A stretch of 63,484 nt of DNA, counting the filler, from Raillietiella orientalis (lineage: Eukaryota): the NCBI GenBank assembly GCA_036172245.1. It is 19 parts of 19 records of this genome, joined end to end, with 100 filler letters (N's around TTAATTAATTAA, not from the genome) between each part and the next. Parts side by side here need not be neighbours in the genome. Positions count along the whole stretch, not along the records: positions 21,118 to 24,478 come from JAYWIR010000374.1; positions 24,579 to 27,935 come from JAYWIR010000375.1; positions 28,036 to 31,374 come from JAYWIR010000376.1; positions 31,475 to 34,801 come from JAYWIR010000377.1; 15 more parts are not named here. One strand, given 5' to 3'. This document shows, piece by piece, positions 21,541 through 34,901 of this stretch (position 1 is its first letter; the number at the start of each line of letters is the position of its first letter). The position numbers were made by a program, and so were the translations under genes. The notes beneath the pieces are model-generated. The model had not been told where the DNA came from and searched no databases. It was given only the letters and a program-made list of their open reading frames with translations.

Positions 21541-24478
21541 ATTCCACCCGGATGCGCCGGGACGTTGATTAAAAACATTTGAACAGTCAATACAGAACTT
21601 GGTACAAGGTTCCACTGACGGCCACGCAATACCGGAACTGCCGTGACACTCGGACGCAGCCCGGTGTGGCTCTCCTCGGCAGTGGAGGGGGATGGGGGAG
21701 AAAACAAAAATAAAATTAAAGAGAAAAGCAAACCACAAAAAAAGTTTGGAGGGCCGGGAAGGGTTCACAGAAAACTGCTAAGAGGGCGCATGCATTGCAG
21801 GATGCCTTCTAGTTCCATTTTCAGTTTTCCTACATGAGGCCAACGGGTAGCTCTTTGCGGGAAGTAATAAGCATAGTCGATGACGTCCCTCACGATGCAG
21901 TTTGCATCTTGGGCATCACTCCAGGCCGCCACGATACCACGAATGCAGCAAAGTGCTGCCAGGGCTGCGGGTGGACTGAGGGCGTCCCGCACGAAGACAA
22001 GACTGTAGACACATCCTACATTGACACCATCCGGGATCCCGAGGGCCGTTTTAACACGATTTAAAAGAATCCGGACGGCAGGGCATTCAACTAAGAGGTG
22101 GAGGAGCGACTCCCGCTCCCATACCTGGCACATGCAGGCTTTACTCTTCCCCGCGTCCAGTGAAAGCGGCGCGCGTTGCAGGGTAGACCCCTATGCAGCC
22201 ACAGAAGCGTCGATTCTTGCCACTTCAGAGAAAGAATCCTGGTTCCAAGTAGAACCGTGGGCCACTTCAGGTCATCCAATCGAATGCCGAGCAGCTCGCC
22301 CCATCTTCTTAATCCACGCGGCTGGAGACTACGGGTCGTTGCATCTGTCAACTCTCCCATGGTCCAGCCGCTCATCTTCTTCTCTCTGCCTGCGATACGG
22401 CAGCAGACTTGCCACCTTGGCTTCCGGTTTCCGTGACGCGCCCTTTGGAGAAAGGGTATCGCCGTAACAAGGGGTGTGCCTTCTCCCCATGTGCAACTTG
22501 CTGGAAATTCAAGAATTTCACGGAGATTTCGGCGGGCGTAAAAGCCGACTCGCAGGCAGTTCATCCGGTCTTCGCAACTCTGGTTCTGCTTGGTTCAAAT
22601 GCCTGCAGTCTCTACCAGCCAAGCGGAGGAGTTGGCGGAGCCACAAACCATCCAGTTGTTCTCCTTTGCCAGGGTTGCCATGCGGCCGAGCAGTAGACCG
22701 CCTCTTCGAATCTTCCGGCCAGGGCACAGAAGAGACGATGCGAGTCCTTCGAAGCGGTACACACGCCTAGCCAAGAGGCGGGCCGGAATGCACCAAGCGG
22801 TGCTCCACATCTTCGCTGCGATGGCGAGGGTCCGCCATCGCAGCTGGATTTCCACGCGTTCCAGCGTCAGGATGTTGATACCGCCGTCCCGACGCGGAGC
22901 GCACAAGTCCTTCGAAGGGAATCGAGGCCTCCTATTGCCCCGAAGGGCTATGCGGAGGAGGTCGTTCGTTCGCTTATTAGATTCCACGGGGGCGGGGCAA
23001 TCAAAAAGCAAAAAGCAAAGGATGGGGGCCGCAAAGCCATTCCAAACCGCGGCCCGTTCTGGCAAGTGAAACTTTCCTTCCAGGAACGGGCCGATCGCTG
23101 TCTCGACTTTTTAGAGGCAGCTGGATTACACTTCTGCAGGGGAGAAATCACCGAACGGCACACCGAGGTACTTGATGCACGTCACCGTGGGGATCCCCAG
23201 ACGGCAGGGCAGCGTGACTGGTCCTGCTGCCCTGCCTACGTCGCTCTAGCTGGCAACACCGACGACTTCACGCTGTTAACCTGTAATCCGGCCCCACGGC
23301 TAAGCAGGTCGAAGAAATCTCCGACCGCCTTCGCCGGGGTGGACATAGGTAAGAAGAGTAGAAGATCGTCGGCATACGCCGCTACGGCTGGCGTGCCGAG
23401 GCACGAGCTCGGCAAAGGGGCCAAAGTCACCCTGTACGCTCTCAGCACCAACTCAGCGTAGGTGCTAAAAAGCAGGGGGCTGAGGCTGTCGCCCTGCCTT
23501 ATGCCCCGCCACACCGGCACGCCATACACCTTTTGTCCACTGAAAGTAATTGAGATTATCGCGTTCCGCCAGGAAGAGCGCAGGTAGGTAATCAAGAATG
23601 GTGGGAAGCCCATGCGACCCAGGAGCTCCAAGAGGAGTTCCTGGTCAACACAGTCGAATGCCTTATGGAGGTCGACTGCGATCGCTAAGACTCCGTTTTC
23701 CGTATGAGGGTCCCTACCCTGTTTCACTGGCGGCCCCAAACTAGGGTTGCAAATTTTCCCTTTCCCTTCTTTCTTACTTCGCTTCGCGTGCATCCATGTG
23801 CTCCCGAAGAAGAGGTTGCCCTCCATACTTCGCCCGGGAACAGCGTAAGTCTGCTCCGGGCTAATTATGGAATTGGACACCTGCCCCAATCGCTACTCCA
23901 ACAGCCGGGCAATCAACTTGGCGTCTGTGTTCAGAATCGTGATCGGACGCCAGTTGCAAAGTTTCCTGAGGTCTCCTCCCTTCGGCAGGAGCCTCACCCT
24001 GGCTTACCGAAACGAGGCGGGAACATCGCTTTCGTCTCGGATTCGCCTTGTCAACTCGAGCACCAGGGGGGCTAGCTCTTCTGCGAAACTCTGAAAGAAC
24101 TCCGCCGTCAAGCCCTCCTCCCCTGGCGCCTTACCCCTCTTGAGCCTCTTGATACCTGCGAGAATTTCACCGGTCGTGAAAGGCTCATCGAGTCTTTCTC
24201 TCTCCTCCTCCTTTATCGCCACGGAACCCCTCATGAGCAATTGCCACGAGGAGTCTTGTTCGGGTGGTGTTTTGGCGTAAAGAGAGGAATAAAAAACACC
24301 GCACGAGATTTCGTAACGCAGACGGGGACGAACGTTCCCGGCCCAGGTCATCCAGCATGCTGGCTGACCCGGATTGCCAGGCTTGCCGCTCGGCTCCGGC
24401 GCGGTATTCGGCCAGGCGACGGACATTCGGGTTACTCTCGTGACGACGCGCGTGCAAATGCGCGCGTTTGTTGCGATC
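21541..24478 (-). mobile_element. Family B element, RT to 3' end, pseudogenised, inserted antisense
   Basis: KAPGEEG, DLHKAFD, QGDSLSP, YADD and C-terminus (stop 21765); 3' UTR similar to 14277-14492; terminal hairpin at 21541-21570. Confidence 0.92.
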
Positions 24479-24583
24479 NNNNNNNNNNNNNNNNNNNNNN
24501 NNNNNNNNNNNNNNNNNNNNNNTTAATTAATTAANNNNNNNNNNNNNNNNNNNNNNNNNNNNNNNNNNNNNNNNNNNNTGAAG

Positions 24584-27500
24584 CAATCTCCGCCTGCTAA
24601 CAGGTGAGCCGGAAACACAAGTGAACGCGATAAACGAGTTGTGCGCCGCCATGCGTGCACGCAACTTGTTCGCGGGTGAGAGGGGAATGGTCCGCAGAAT
24701 CGACCACGTCTTCCCCGACGCTGACCTGTGTTCACGGGTCGGAAAACGGGGGAGGGTTGCGTCAACGTTGTCGGACCATTCCCGGTTAATTTTCGAGATG
24801 CGGCCTCGCGACAAAGGACCGCCATCCAGGGACTGGCGTCTGCCGGGGGACTAAACGCGACTCTCAGGTGCGAAGGAACACCTTCGCGGATACCTGAGAG
24901 GCGTCACGCTCCGGAATCTCCCAGACTGGGACCTTTTTAAGGAATCGGTCCGGGAGTTTTGCGAGCAGTTCCCCCTGGACCGCCTGCCCTCCGGATTCGG
25001 CGAGGGTGCTCGCAACCATCGGGCCTATTTACAGGCCCGTACGTACGAGCGAACCCCTAATGTCCGTCGCCTGGCCGAGTACTGAGCCGGGGCCGAACGC
25101 CAAGCCTGGCAATTGGGGTCGGCCAGCTTGCTGGACGACCAGGGCCGGGAATGTTCGTCCCCGACGTCGGTTCGGCATCTCGTGCCGAGTTATTATTCCT
25201 CCCTTTACGCCAGGGCGCCCCTGGACCAAGATGCCTCTCGGCTCTTGCTTCCGGATGGTGCCGCAGCAATAGGGGAGGAGGAGTCGTTAATCCTTGATGA
25301 GCCTTTTACCACCGGCGAAATTCTCGCCGGTATCAAAAGGCTGAAGATGTGGAAAGCTCCAGGGGAAGACGGCTTGCCCGCGGAGTTCTATCAGAGCTTC
25401 GCGGATGAGCTGGCACCCCTGATGCTCCAGCTGAGAAGGCTGATCCGAGACGAAGGCGATGTTCCCGCCTCGTTTCGGTCAGCCAGAGTGAGGCTCCTTC
25501 CGAAAGGGGGAGACCTTAGGAAGTGGAACAACTGGCGTCCGATCACGATTGTGAATACGGACGCAGTGTTGGTTGCCGGGCTATGGGCTTCGCGTCTGGG
25601 GCAGGGCTAATTATGGCAGAATCCATAATTAGCCCGGAGCAGACATATGCTGTTCCCGGGCAAAGTATGGATGCCAACCTCTTCTTCCCGAGCACATCTA
25701 TGCACGCGCAGAGGTGTCAAAAGGAAGGGAAAGGAAAAATCGGCAACCATACTTTGCTGACGCCAGCAGGGCAGGGAATGGACTTTCGGGCGAAAAACGG
25801 GGCCTTAGCGCTCGCATTCGATCTCCATAAGGCGTTCGACTGTGTTGACCATTGGCTTTTGTTGGAGCTCCTGGGTCGCATGGGCTTCCCACCCTCCTTG
25901 ATTACCTACCCGCGCTCTTGCTGGCGGAATGCGATTATCTCCATCTCTTTCAGTAGTCAGAAGGTGTATGGCGTGCCATTGCGGCGGGGCATCAGGCAGG
26001 GAGATAGTTTCAGTCCCCTGCTCTTCAGCACCTACTTTGAGTTGGTGCTGAGAGCCTACAGGGTGACTTTGGCCTCCTTGCCGAACTCGTGTCCCTGCAC
26101 GCCCGCCTTAGCAGCCTATGCCGACGACCTTCTGCTCCGGTTACCTATGTCAACCCCGGCGAAGGCGGTCGGAGACTTCTTCGATCTGCTCAGCCGTGGG
26201 ACCGGACTGCAGGTCAACAGGGCGAGGTCGTCGGTGGTGCCAGTAGGTGCGACGTGGGCAGGGCAGCAGGACTGGGTCCGTCTGGGGATTCCCACGGCGA
26301 GGTGCCTCAAGTGCCTTGGTGTGCCGTTGGGTGACTATCCCCCTGCGGAAGCGTGGTCCAGCTGTCTTCAAAAAGTTGAGACGGCGATCGGCCCGTTCCT
26401 GGAAGGCAAGTTTCACTTGCCGGAACGGGCGGCGGTTTGGAACGCCTTCGCGGCCCCCATCCTCCGCCCCTTGCTTTTTGTTTGCCCCGCCCCCAGAGAA
26501 TGCAAAAAGAGGACGAAGGACCTCCTCTGCAGAGCCCTTTGGGGCAATGGGAGGCCCCGAGTCCCTCTGAAGGACTTGTGCGCTCCGCGTCGGGACGGCG
26601 GCCTTGGCCTGCTGACGCTGGAGCGCGTGGAAATCCAGCTGCGGTGGCGAACCCTCGCCATCGCAGCGCAGATGTGGAGCACTTCTTGGTGCGTTCCGGT
26701 CCGCCTCCTCGCGAGGCGTTTGTCCCGATGCGAAGGACTCGCGTCGTTTCTTCTGTGCAGTGGCCGGAAGATCCGAAGATGCGGCCTTATGCTCGGACGG
26801 ATAGCAACCCTGGCGAAGACGAACGGTTGGATGGTTTGTGGCCCCGCCAGCTCCTCCGCCTGGTTGGAGGAGTCTGCTGGCACATGGGCTAAGCAGAACC
26901 GGAGGAGTGAAAACAATGTGAACTGTCTGCGAATCGGCCCATACGCCAACCGCACTCTGCGGGAAATCCTGGAATTTCCCCGGAGTCGCAGGTGGGCGTT
27001 GACGACCCTTCTTGCTACGACGATGCTCTACCTCCTGAGGGCGCTTCAGGATCGCCAGAAGCCTAGGTGGCAAGTCACCTGCCAGATCGCAGGCAGGGAG
27101 AAGATGTTAAGCGGCTGGACCACAGGAGAACTGGCGGACGTCACGACCCCGAGCGTCCAGCCGCGTGGATTGATGAGATGGGGCGAGCTGCTCGCCATCC
27201 CTACGGATGTGCTGAAGTGGCCCCCGGTACTGGAGGAATCCAGGATCCTGCCCCTTAAGTGGCAAGAGTCGGCGTTGCTACTGCTGCACTGGGGTTTAGC
27301 CTGCAACGCACGCCGCTTCCACTGGACAAGTGGAGCTGTGGATCCAGAGTGTGTCAGGTGCGGAGAGCGGGAATCGCTCTCCCACCTCATTGTGGACTGT
27401 GCTGCCATCCGACACCTCTGGGAACGGTTCGGTGCGACCCTAGGGCTCCCTATGGGTAGCACCCCCAGAGACGTTCTTCGGCCCCTCTTCGTGAAGGACG

Positions 27501-27934
27501 CACTGCAGCCCGCCGCAGCGATGGCAGCCTTGTGCTGTGTCCGTGGCATCGTGGCGGCATGGAGCGACGCCAATAACGAAGGAGTGCGTCCACACGCGGG
27601 GGATGTCATCCCATACGCCGAACGCTTTATGCGGAGAGCTGCCGGATGGCCCCAACTGGGGAATATACGGACGGACCTCGAGGGCTTCCTTTAACGGAAG
27701 GGCCCTACTCACAGCGTTTAGTAATCCCTTCCCTGCCCTCCAACTTTTTTTTGACTGTTTCTTTTTTTTTATTTTTCTTTTTTTTTATCCCCATCCCCCT
27801 TCGCTGCTGAGGAACGCTACGCTGGGCTGCGTCCCGGCGTCCTGGCAGGTCCAGTGTATATGGCCGTGAGCGGGGCCTTGTACCGCGGATGTAGAGTTTT
27901 GCCAATAAACGCCCCGGGCGTACCCGGGTGTAAA
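24584..27934 (+). mobile_element. Family B element from the GDFN region to the 3' end; ORF2 pseudogene
   Basis: RIDH/SDH, RT motifs in 25113-25610 and 25523-27694, CCHC, terminal hairpin at 27904-27934. Confidence 0.94.
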
Positions 27935-28035
27935 CNNNNNNNNNNNNNNNNNNNNNNNNNNNNNNNNNNNNNNNNNNNNTTAATTAATTAANNNNNNNNN
28001 NNNNNNNNNNNNNNNNNNNNNNNNNNNNNNNNNNN

Positions 28036-31000
28036 CTCCGCCTGCTAACAGGTGAGCCGGAAACACAAGTGAACGCGATAAACGAGTTGTGCGCCGCCAT
28101 GCGTGCACGCAACTTGTTCGCGGGTGAGAGGGGAATGGTCCGCAGAATCGACCACGTCTTCCCCGACGCTGACCTGTGTTCACGGGTCGGAAAACGGGGG
28201 AGGGTTGCGTCAACGTTGTCGGACCATTCCCGGTTAATTTTCGAGATGCGGCCTCGCGACAAAGGACCGCCATCCAGGGACTGGCGTCTGCCGGGGGACT
28301 AAACGCGACTCTCAGGTGCGAAGAAACACCTTCGCGGATACCTGAGAGGCGTCACGCTCCGGAATCTCCCAGACTGGGACCTTTTTAAGGAATCGGTCCG
28401 GGAGTTTTGCGAGCAGTTCCCCCTGGACCGCCTGCCCTCCGGATTCGGCGAGGGTGCTCGCAACCATCGGGCCTATTTACAGGCCCGTACGTGCGAGCGA
28501 ACCCCTAATGTCCGTCGCCTGGCCGAGTACTGAGCCGGGGCCGAACGCCAGGCCTGGCAATCGGGGTCGGCCAGCTTGCTGGACGACCAGGGCCGGGAAT
28601 GTTCGTCCCCGGCGTCGGTACGGCATCTCGTGCGGAGTTATTATTCCTCCCTTTACGCCAGGGCGTCCCCGGATCAAGATGCCTCTCGGCTCTTGCTTCC
28701 GGATGGTGCCGTGGCAATAGGGGAGGAGGAGTCGTTAAGCCTCGATGAGCCTTTTACCACCAGCGAAATTTTCGCCGGTATCACAAGGCTCAAAACGCGG
28801 AAAGCTTAGGGGAAGACGGCTTGCCTGCGGAGCTCTATCAGAGCTTCGCGGAAGAGCTGGCACCCCTGCTGCTTCAGCTGAGAAGGCTGATCCGAGACGA
28901 AGGCGATGTTCCCGCCTCGTTTCGGTCAGCCAGAGTGAGGCTCCTTCCGAAAGGGGGAGACCTTAGGAAGTGGAACAACTGGCGTCCGATCACGATTATG
29001 AATACGGACGCCAAGTTGGTTGCCAGGCTATGGGCTTCGCGTGTGGGGCATGTGGCAGAATCCATAATTAGCCCGGAGCAGACATATGCTGCTCCCGGGC
29101 GAAGTATGGATGCCAACCTCTTCTACCCGAGCACATGGATGCACGCGCAGAGGTGTCAAAAGGAAGGGAAAGGAAAAACCGGCAACCCCACTTTGCTGCC
29201 GTCAGCAGGGCAGGGAATGGAATCCCGGGCGTGGAAGTGGGCCTTAGCGCTCGCAGTCGATCTCCATAAGGCGTTCGACTGTGTTAAACAGGGGCTTTTG
29301 TTGGAGCTCCTGGGTCGCATGGGCTTCCCACCCTCCTTGATTACCTACCTGCGCTCTTGCTGGCAGAATGCGATTATCTCCATCTCTTTCAGTAGTCAGA
29401 AGGTCTATGGCGTGCCATTGCGGCGGGGCTTCAGGCAGGGAGATAGTTTCAGTCCCCTGCTCTTCAGCACCTACTTTGAGTTGGTGCTGAGAGCCTACAG
29501 GGTGACTTTGGCCTCCTTGCCGAACTCGTGTCCCTGCACGCCCGCCTTAGCAGCCTATGCCGACGACCTTCTGCTCCTGTTACCTATGTCCACCCCGGCG
29601 AAGGTGGTCGGAGACTTCTTCGATCTGCTCAGCCGTGGGACCGGACTGCAGGTCGAGAGGGCTAAGTCGTCGGTGGAGCCAGTAAGTGCGGCGTGGGCAG
29701 GGCAGCAGGACTGGGTCCGTCTGGGGATCCCCACGGCGAGGTGCTTCAAGTACCTTGATGTGCCGTTGGGTGACTACTCCCCTGCGGAGGCGTGCTCCAG
29801 CTGTCTTCAGAAAGTTGAGACGGCGATCGGCCCGTTCCTGGAAGGCAAGTTTCGCTTGCCGGAACGGGCCGCGGTTTGGAACGCTTTTGCGGCCCCCATC
29901 CTCCGCTTCTTGCTTTTTTTTTGCCCCGCCCCCAGAGAATGCAAAAAGAGGACAAAGGACCTCCTCTGCAGAGCCCTTTGGGGCAATGGGAGGCCCCGAG
30001 TCCCTCTGAAGGACTTGTGCGCTCCGCGTCGGGACGGCGGCCTTGGCCTCCTGACGCTGGAGCGCGTGGAAATCCAGCTGCGGTGGCGAACCCTCGCCAT
30101 CGCAGCGCAGATGTGGAGCACTTCTTGGTGCGTTCCGGTCCGCCTCCTCGCGAGGCGTTTGTCCCGATGCGAAGGACTCGCGTCGTTTCTTCTGTGCAGT
30201 GGCCGGAAGATACGAAGATGCGGCCTTATGCTCGGACGCATAGCCACCCTGGCAAAGACGAACGGTTGGATGGTTTGTGGCCCCGCCAACTCCTCCGCCT
30301 GGTTAGAGGAGTCTGCTGGCACATAGGGTAAGCTGTATCGGAGGTGCGAAAACCACATGAACTGCCTGCGAATCGGCCCATACGGCAACCGCACCCTGCG
30401 GGAAATACTGGAATTTCCTCGGAGTCGCAGGTGGGCGTTCACGACCCCCCTTGCAACGGCGATTCCCTACCTTTTGAGGGCGCTTCAGGATCGCCAGAAG
30501 CCGAAGTGGCAAGTCACCTGCGAGATCGCAGGCAGGGAGAAGATGTTAAACAGCTGCACCACAGGAGAACTGGCGGACGTCACGACCCCGAGCGTCCAGC
30601 CGCGTGGATTGATGAGATGGGGCGAGCTGCTCGCCATCCCTACGGATGTGCTGAAGTGGCCCCCGGTACTCAAGGAATCCAGGATCCTGCCCCTTTAGTG
30701 GCAAGAGTCGGCGTTGCTACTGCTGCACTGGGGTTTAGCCTGCAACGCACGCCGCTTCCACTGGACAAGTGGAGCTGTGGATCCAGAGTGTGTCAGGTGC
30801 GGAGAGCGGGAATCGCTCTCCCACCTCATTGTGGACTGTGCTGCCATCCGACACCTCTGGGAACGGTTCGGTGCGACCCTAGGGCTCCCTATGGGTAGCA
30901 CCCCCAGAGACGTTCTTCGGCCCCTCTTCGTGAAGGACGCACTGCAGCCCGCCGCAGCGATGGCAGCCTTGTGCTGTGTCCGTGGCATCGTGGCGGCATG

Positions 31001-31374
31001 GAGCGACGCCAATAACGAAGGAGTGGGTCCACACGCGAGGGATGTCATCCCATACGCCCAACGCTTCATGCGGAGAGCTGCCGGATGGCCCCAACTGGGG
31101 AATATACGGACGGACCTCGAGGGCTTCCTTCAACGGATGCGCCCTCCTCACAGCGCTCAGTGATCCCTTCCCTGCCCTCCAACTTCTTTTTGTCTGTTTA
31201 TTTTTTTATTTTTATTTTTGTTTTATCCCCATCCCCCTTCGCTGCTAAGGAACGCTACGCTGGGCTGCGTCCCGGCGTCCCGGCAGGTCCAGTGCATATG
31301 GCCGTGAGCGAGGCCCTGTACCGCGGATGTAGAGTTTTTTAAAAATAAACGCCCCGGGCGTACCCGGATGTAAA
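28036..31374 (+). mobile_element. Family B element, close relative of 24584-27934; ORF2 pseudogene
   Basis: Near-identical sequence; RT motifs in 28821-30326; stop 31163; hairpin at 31344-31374. Confidence 0.94.
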
Positions 31375-31474
31375 NNNNNNNNNNNNNNNNNNNNNNNNNN
31401 NNNNNNNNNNNNNNNNNNTTAATTAATTAANNNNNNNNNNNNNNNNNNNNNNNNNNNNNNNNNNNNNNNNNNNN

Positions 31475-33686
31475 GGAGCATAATAAGCAACCGGAATTCC
31501 GGTGCGTCCGTCGGTGGGGGACGGGATGGTCGCGAGGGGAGAGGAGCCCTTGCGGTCGCAGTTGATTTGCATAAAGCATTCGACTGCGTCGACCAGGATC
31601 TCCTTCTGGAGCTCCTGGAACGCATGGGTTTCTTTGCCGTGCTTCAATCTTACCTGCGCTCCTGCTGGCGCAACGCGTCAATCAATATTGGTTTCAGCGG
31701 CCGGCACGTGTACGGCGTGCCCGTACGCCGCGGCATCCGGCAGGGTGACAGCCTGAGCCCCTTGCTCTTCAGCATCTACTTCGAGTTGGTGCTGAGGGCA
31801 TACAGGGTAACTCTGGCAACCCTGCCGAGCTCGTGTGCCGGCACGCCTGGCGTGTCGGCCTATGCAGACGATCTTCTGCTGCTGCTTCCCGGCTCCACCC
31901 CGGCGAGTGCGCTCGAGGATTTCTTCGAGTTGCTGCGCCGCGGGACGGGCCTGGAGGTGAACAGGGCGAAGTCGTCTATGATGTACGTCGGCTCGGCGTG
32001 GGCTGGACGGTCGGACTGGTTCCGCTTGGGGATCCCCACGGGCAGGTGCTTCAAGTACCTAGGCGTTCCGATGGGGGACTTCTGCGCAGCAGAAGCCTGG
32101 TCCGACCGTCTCCAAAAGGCAGCGTTGACGACCGGTCCGTTCCAAGAAAGCAAGTTCTACTTGCAGGAACGGGCCGCGGTGTGGAACGCGTTTGCGGCCC
32201 CCCTTCTTCGCCCCCTACTTTTTGTGTGCCCCGCCCCTTACTTCATCCGTAAACTAGCAGCGGGCCTCCTGAGGACAGTCCTTTGGGGCAAAGGGAGGTC
32301 CCGTGTGAGGCTCAAAGACTTGTGCGCTCCACGTAAGGACGGAGGACTTGGCGTTCTTACGCTGGAGCGCATGGAAGTTCAATTGAGATTTAGGACCCTC
32401 GCCCTCGCGGCCGGATTGTGGGACACACCTTGGTGCGTTCCAGCTCGCCTCCTGGCCCAACGAGCCTGCGGATTCGACGGACTTTTGTCGTTTCCGCTGG
32501 CACGCGACCGCAGAGAAGCACACGGCTGCTTAATCCTGCGACGCATCTTCGTTGCGGTCCGGGAGAACGCCTGGATCTCCTGCCTCCCAGGGAACTACTC
32601 CGCCTGGTTGCACGAGTCAGTCTCCACCTGGGAAAAGATCCACGTTCCGGCGGGCACAAGGAACACTTGTATGGAAAGGCACGCCCGCTGGACGCTGCAG
32701 GAGATCGTGCAGTCCCACGACAAGCTTCTGTGGGCCTTGATAACCCCCCTCGCCCCAGTGCTGCCGTTCCTTGTGAATGCCAGGGACAGTAGCGAGCAGG
32801 GGAAATGGACCGTGTCCTGCACTATAGGCGGCAGGACACAATCGATAAAGGCGTGGACATCTCGGCAGCTAGCTGACGCTGCGACGCCTAGAGTCCCGCC
32901 CAACGGAATTCGACGCTGGGGCGAGCTACTCGGACTATCTCCGGAGGAGATGAAGTGGCCCCCGGCGTCCTGGAACAGTGGATCCCTCCCCCTGAAATGG
33001 CAGGATGTGGCGTTGCTTGTGGTCCTCTGGGGACTTCCATTCAAAGCACGCCTTCATCACACAACCCGGGGGGCTGTGGATCCTTATTGTGACCGGTGCG
33101 GGGAAAAAGAGACCTTCCCCCACCTTCTCATCGAGTGCAGTGCCATCCGCCCTTTGTGGGATCGTCTCGCGGCGATCCTGGACTTGCGCGGATGCGGCCC
33201 AAAGGACGTTTTCAGGCTCCTCTTCCGTAGTGACGCCTTGTCCCCCCCCCTCTTCTGTAGCAGTCCTCTGCTGCATTCGAGGGATCGTGGCGGCTTGGAA
33301 CGCCACCAGAAGAAGACGTCAGCCAACCGGCAACGCTTTACGGTTCACTCGCCTATTCGTCCGAGACCTCTGCAAGTGGCGCCACTTGGGCGCAGAGAGG
33401 ACTCAGCTTGTACGGATCCTGAATAGGATCTAGAGGACCTATCCGCGCGCACGGTGATCCCCTCCCTGCCCTCCCATTCCCGAAACATTTGTTCTCTCCC
33501 ATACTTCCACTATTTGTTTGTTTTTTGTTTTTTCTTTCCCAACCCCCGCGCATCGGATGGACCTCTCCGGCATAGCACCGGAAAATACCAAGCTGTTTTG
33601 TAGTGGTGGACCTTTGGGTTTAACAGGCGACAATCACTTGTAATTTTATTCTTTTGAATAAATGCCCCGGCATATCCGGGTGAAAA
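31475..33686 (+). mobile_element. Family C element, RT to 3' end
   Basis: DLHKAFD, QGDSLSP, YADD, KYLGV, CDRCGEKETFPHLLIEC; C-terminus RTQLVRILNRI after a frameshift near 33245; hairpin at 33657-33686. Confidence 0.93.
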
Positions 33687-34798
33687 CGCGGACTGCCGGC
33701 TTCTGCTTCTTCGGAGCCGCCTTGTTAATTCTTTTTACCTCCTTGACGGGGGCCTTCTTCTTCTTCACCACCTTCTGCCAACCTCCCTTGTTCTCGGCGC
33801 TTTCTCCAGCTGGTTGTTCGCTGGAGGATGGCTGAGCAGCGGGTTGGTCGGCAGGGCGGGATTCTGCCAGTTGTTGGCTTCGGTCCTTTTCCTTTGGCGT
33901 CTCTTCCTTTCTCGCGCCTGACGAAACGGACCTTTTTCGGTTGGGGCACATCCGCCTGATGTGCCCCTTCTCCCCACAGCCCAAGCACACGATGTTGGGG
34001 CATTTTTTTTTAAATGCCCCGACACCTGGCAAAAGCCGCAGTAAACGGGTTTCCCCACATACCACAGGTCGATCTCTTCGTCTCCGACCTGTAGTCTGTG
34101 GGGTAGCCCACCCTCGGCACGGACTGTCACGCGCGCAGTGGCGCACCCACTAAAAGCCCTGGTGTAACCCAGGACATTGGGTTTCGCCCACAACGTGTGG
34201 ATGGTTCCGTATTGCTCTAAAGATTCGCGAACGGCGGTCTTTGCCATTCGCATGGTGATGCAGGTGATGTGGACAACGATGGAGTTGTCCGCCGTGAATG
34301 GGAAGATTCTTCGACCGTTCACGGTCACCGGCAGGCGGAGCAGCTGCTGAGCCATCTCTGCAGACTTGCAGTTCAGCTCAACCAGCTGCCCGCCACTTCG
34401 CACGGAAAGCCCGAGGACTTCGTCCTCCGGGACTTTCAATTTCTTAAATTCGGCCACGACCGACCGCAATACCGCGGGGGAGTACAGGCCACCTACCTTG
34501 TACACGAGGGCCGGGTTGTATCCGTCGGCCATGTACGCCCGCTGTTCCTCTGCGGGAGGCGCCGCAGGCGCCGCCACCACCGCGCTCCAACCCCTCGCCG
34601 GGGCGGGAGACGAATCCGTGGGGGTGTTGGCCCCAACATCCATGGGTTGACTGGACGAGGCTCGCTGGCCCCCCTCCGCCGTGTTGGCGGTGTCCTCGGG
34701 CATTGCTGCCCAGGAACAACCGCTCCACAAAATACCGCAAACACTCGCAAAAAAAAAAGGTTTTCGGCAGCACCGACAAAACACGTCCTCTCACTGCA
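33687..34798 (-). mobile_element. Tx1-like element 5' end and ORF1 (ATG 34703), interrupted by the family C insertion
   Basis: GGACGTGTTTTG at 34788-34777; CGFCQVSGHLKK and CLGCGEKGHIRRMC knuckles; frameshift in the T-run near 34005. Confidence 0.9.
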
Positions 34799-34901
34799 GG
34801 TNNNNNNNNNNNNNNNNNNNNNNNNNNNNNNNNNNNNNNNNNNNNTTAATTAATTAANNNNNNNNNNNNNNNNNNNNNNNNNNNNNNNNNNNNNNNNNNN
34901 N

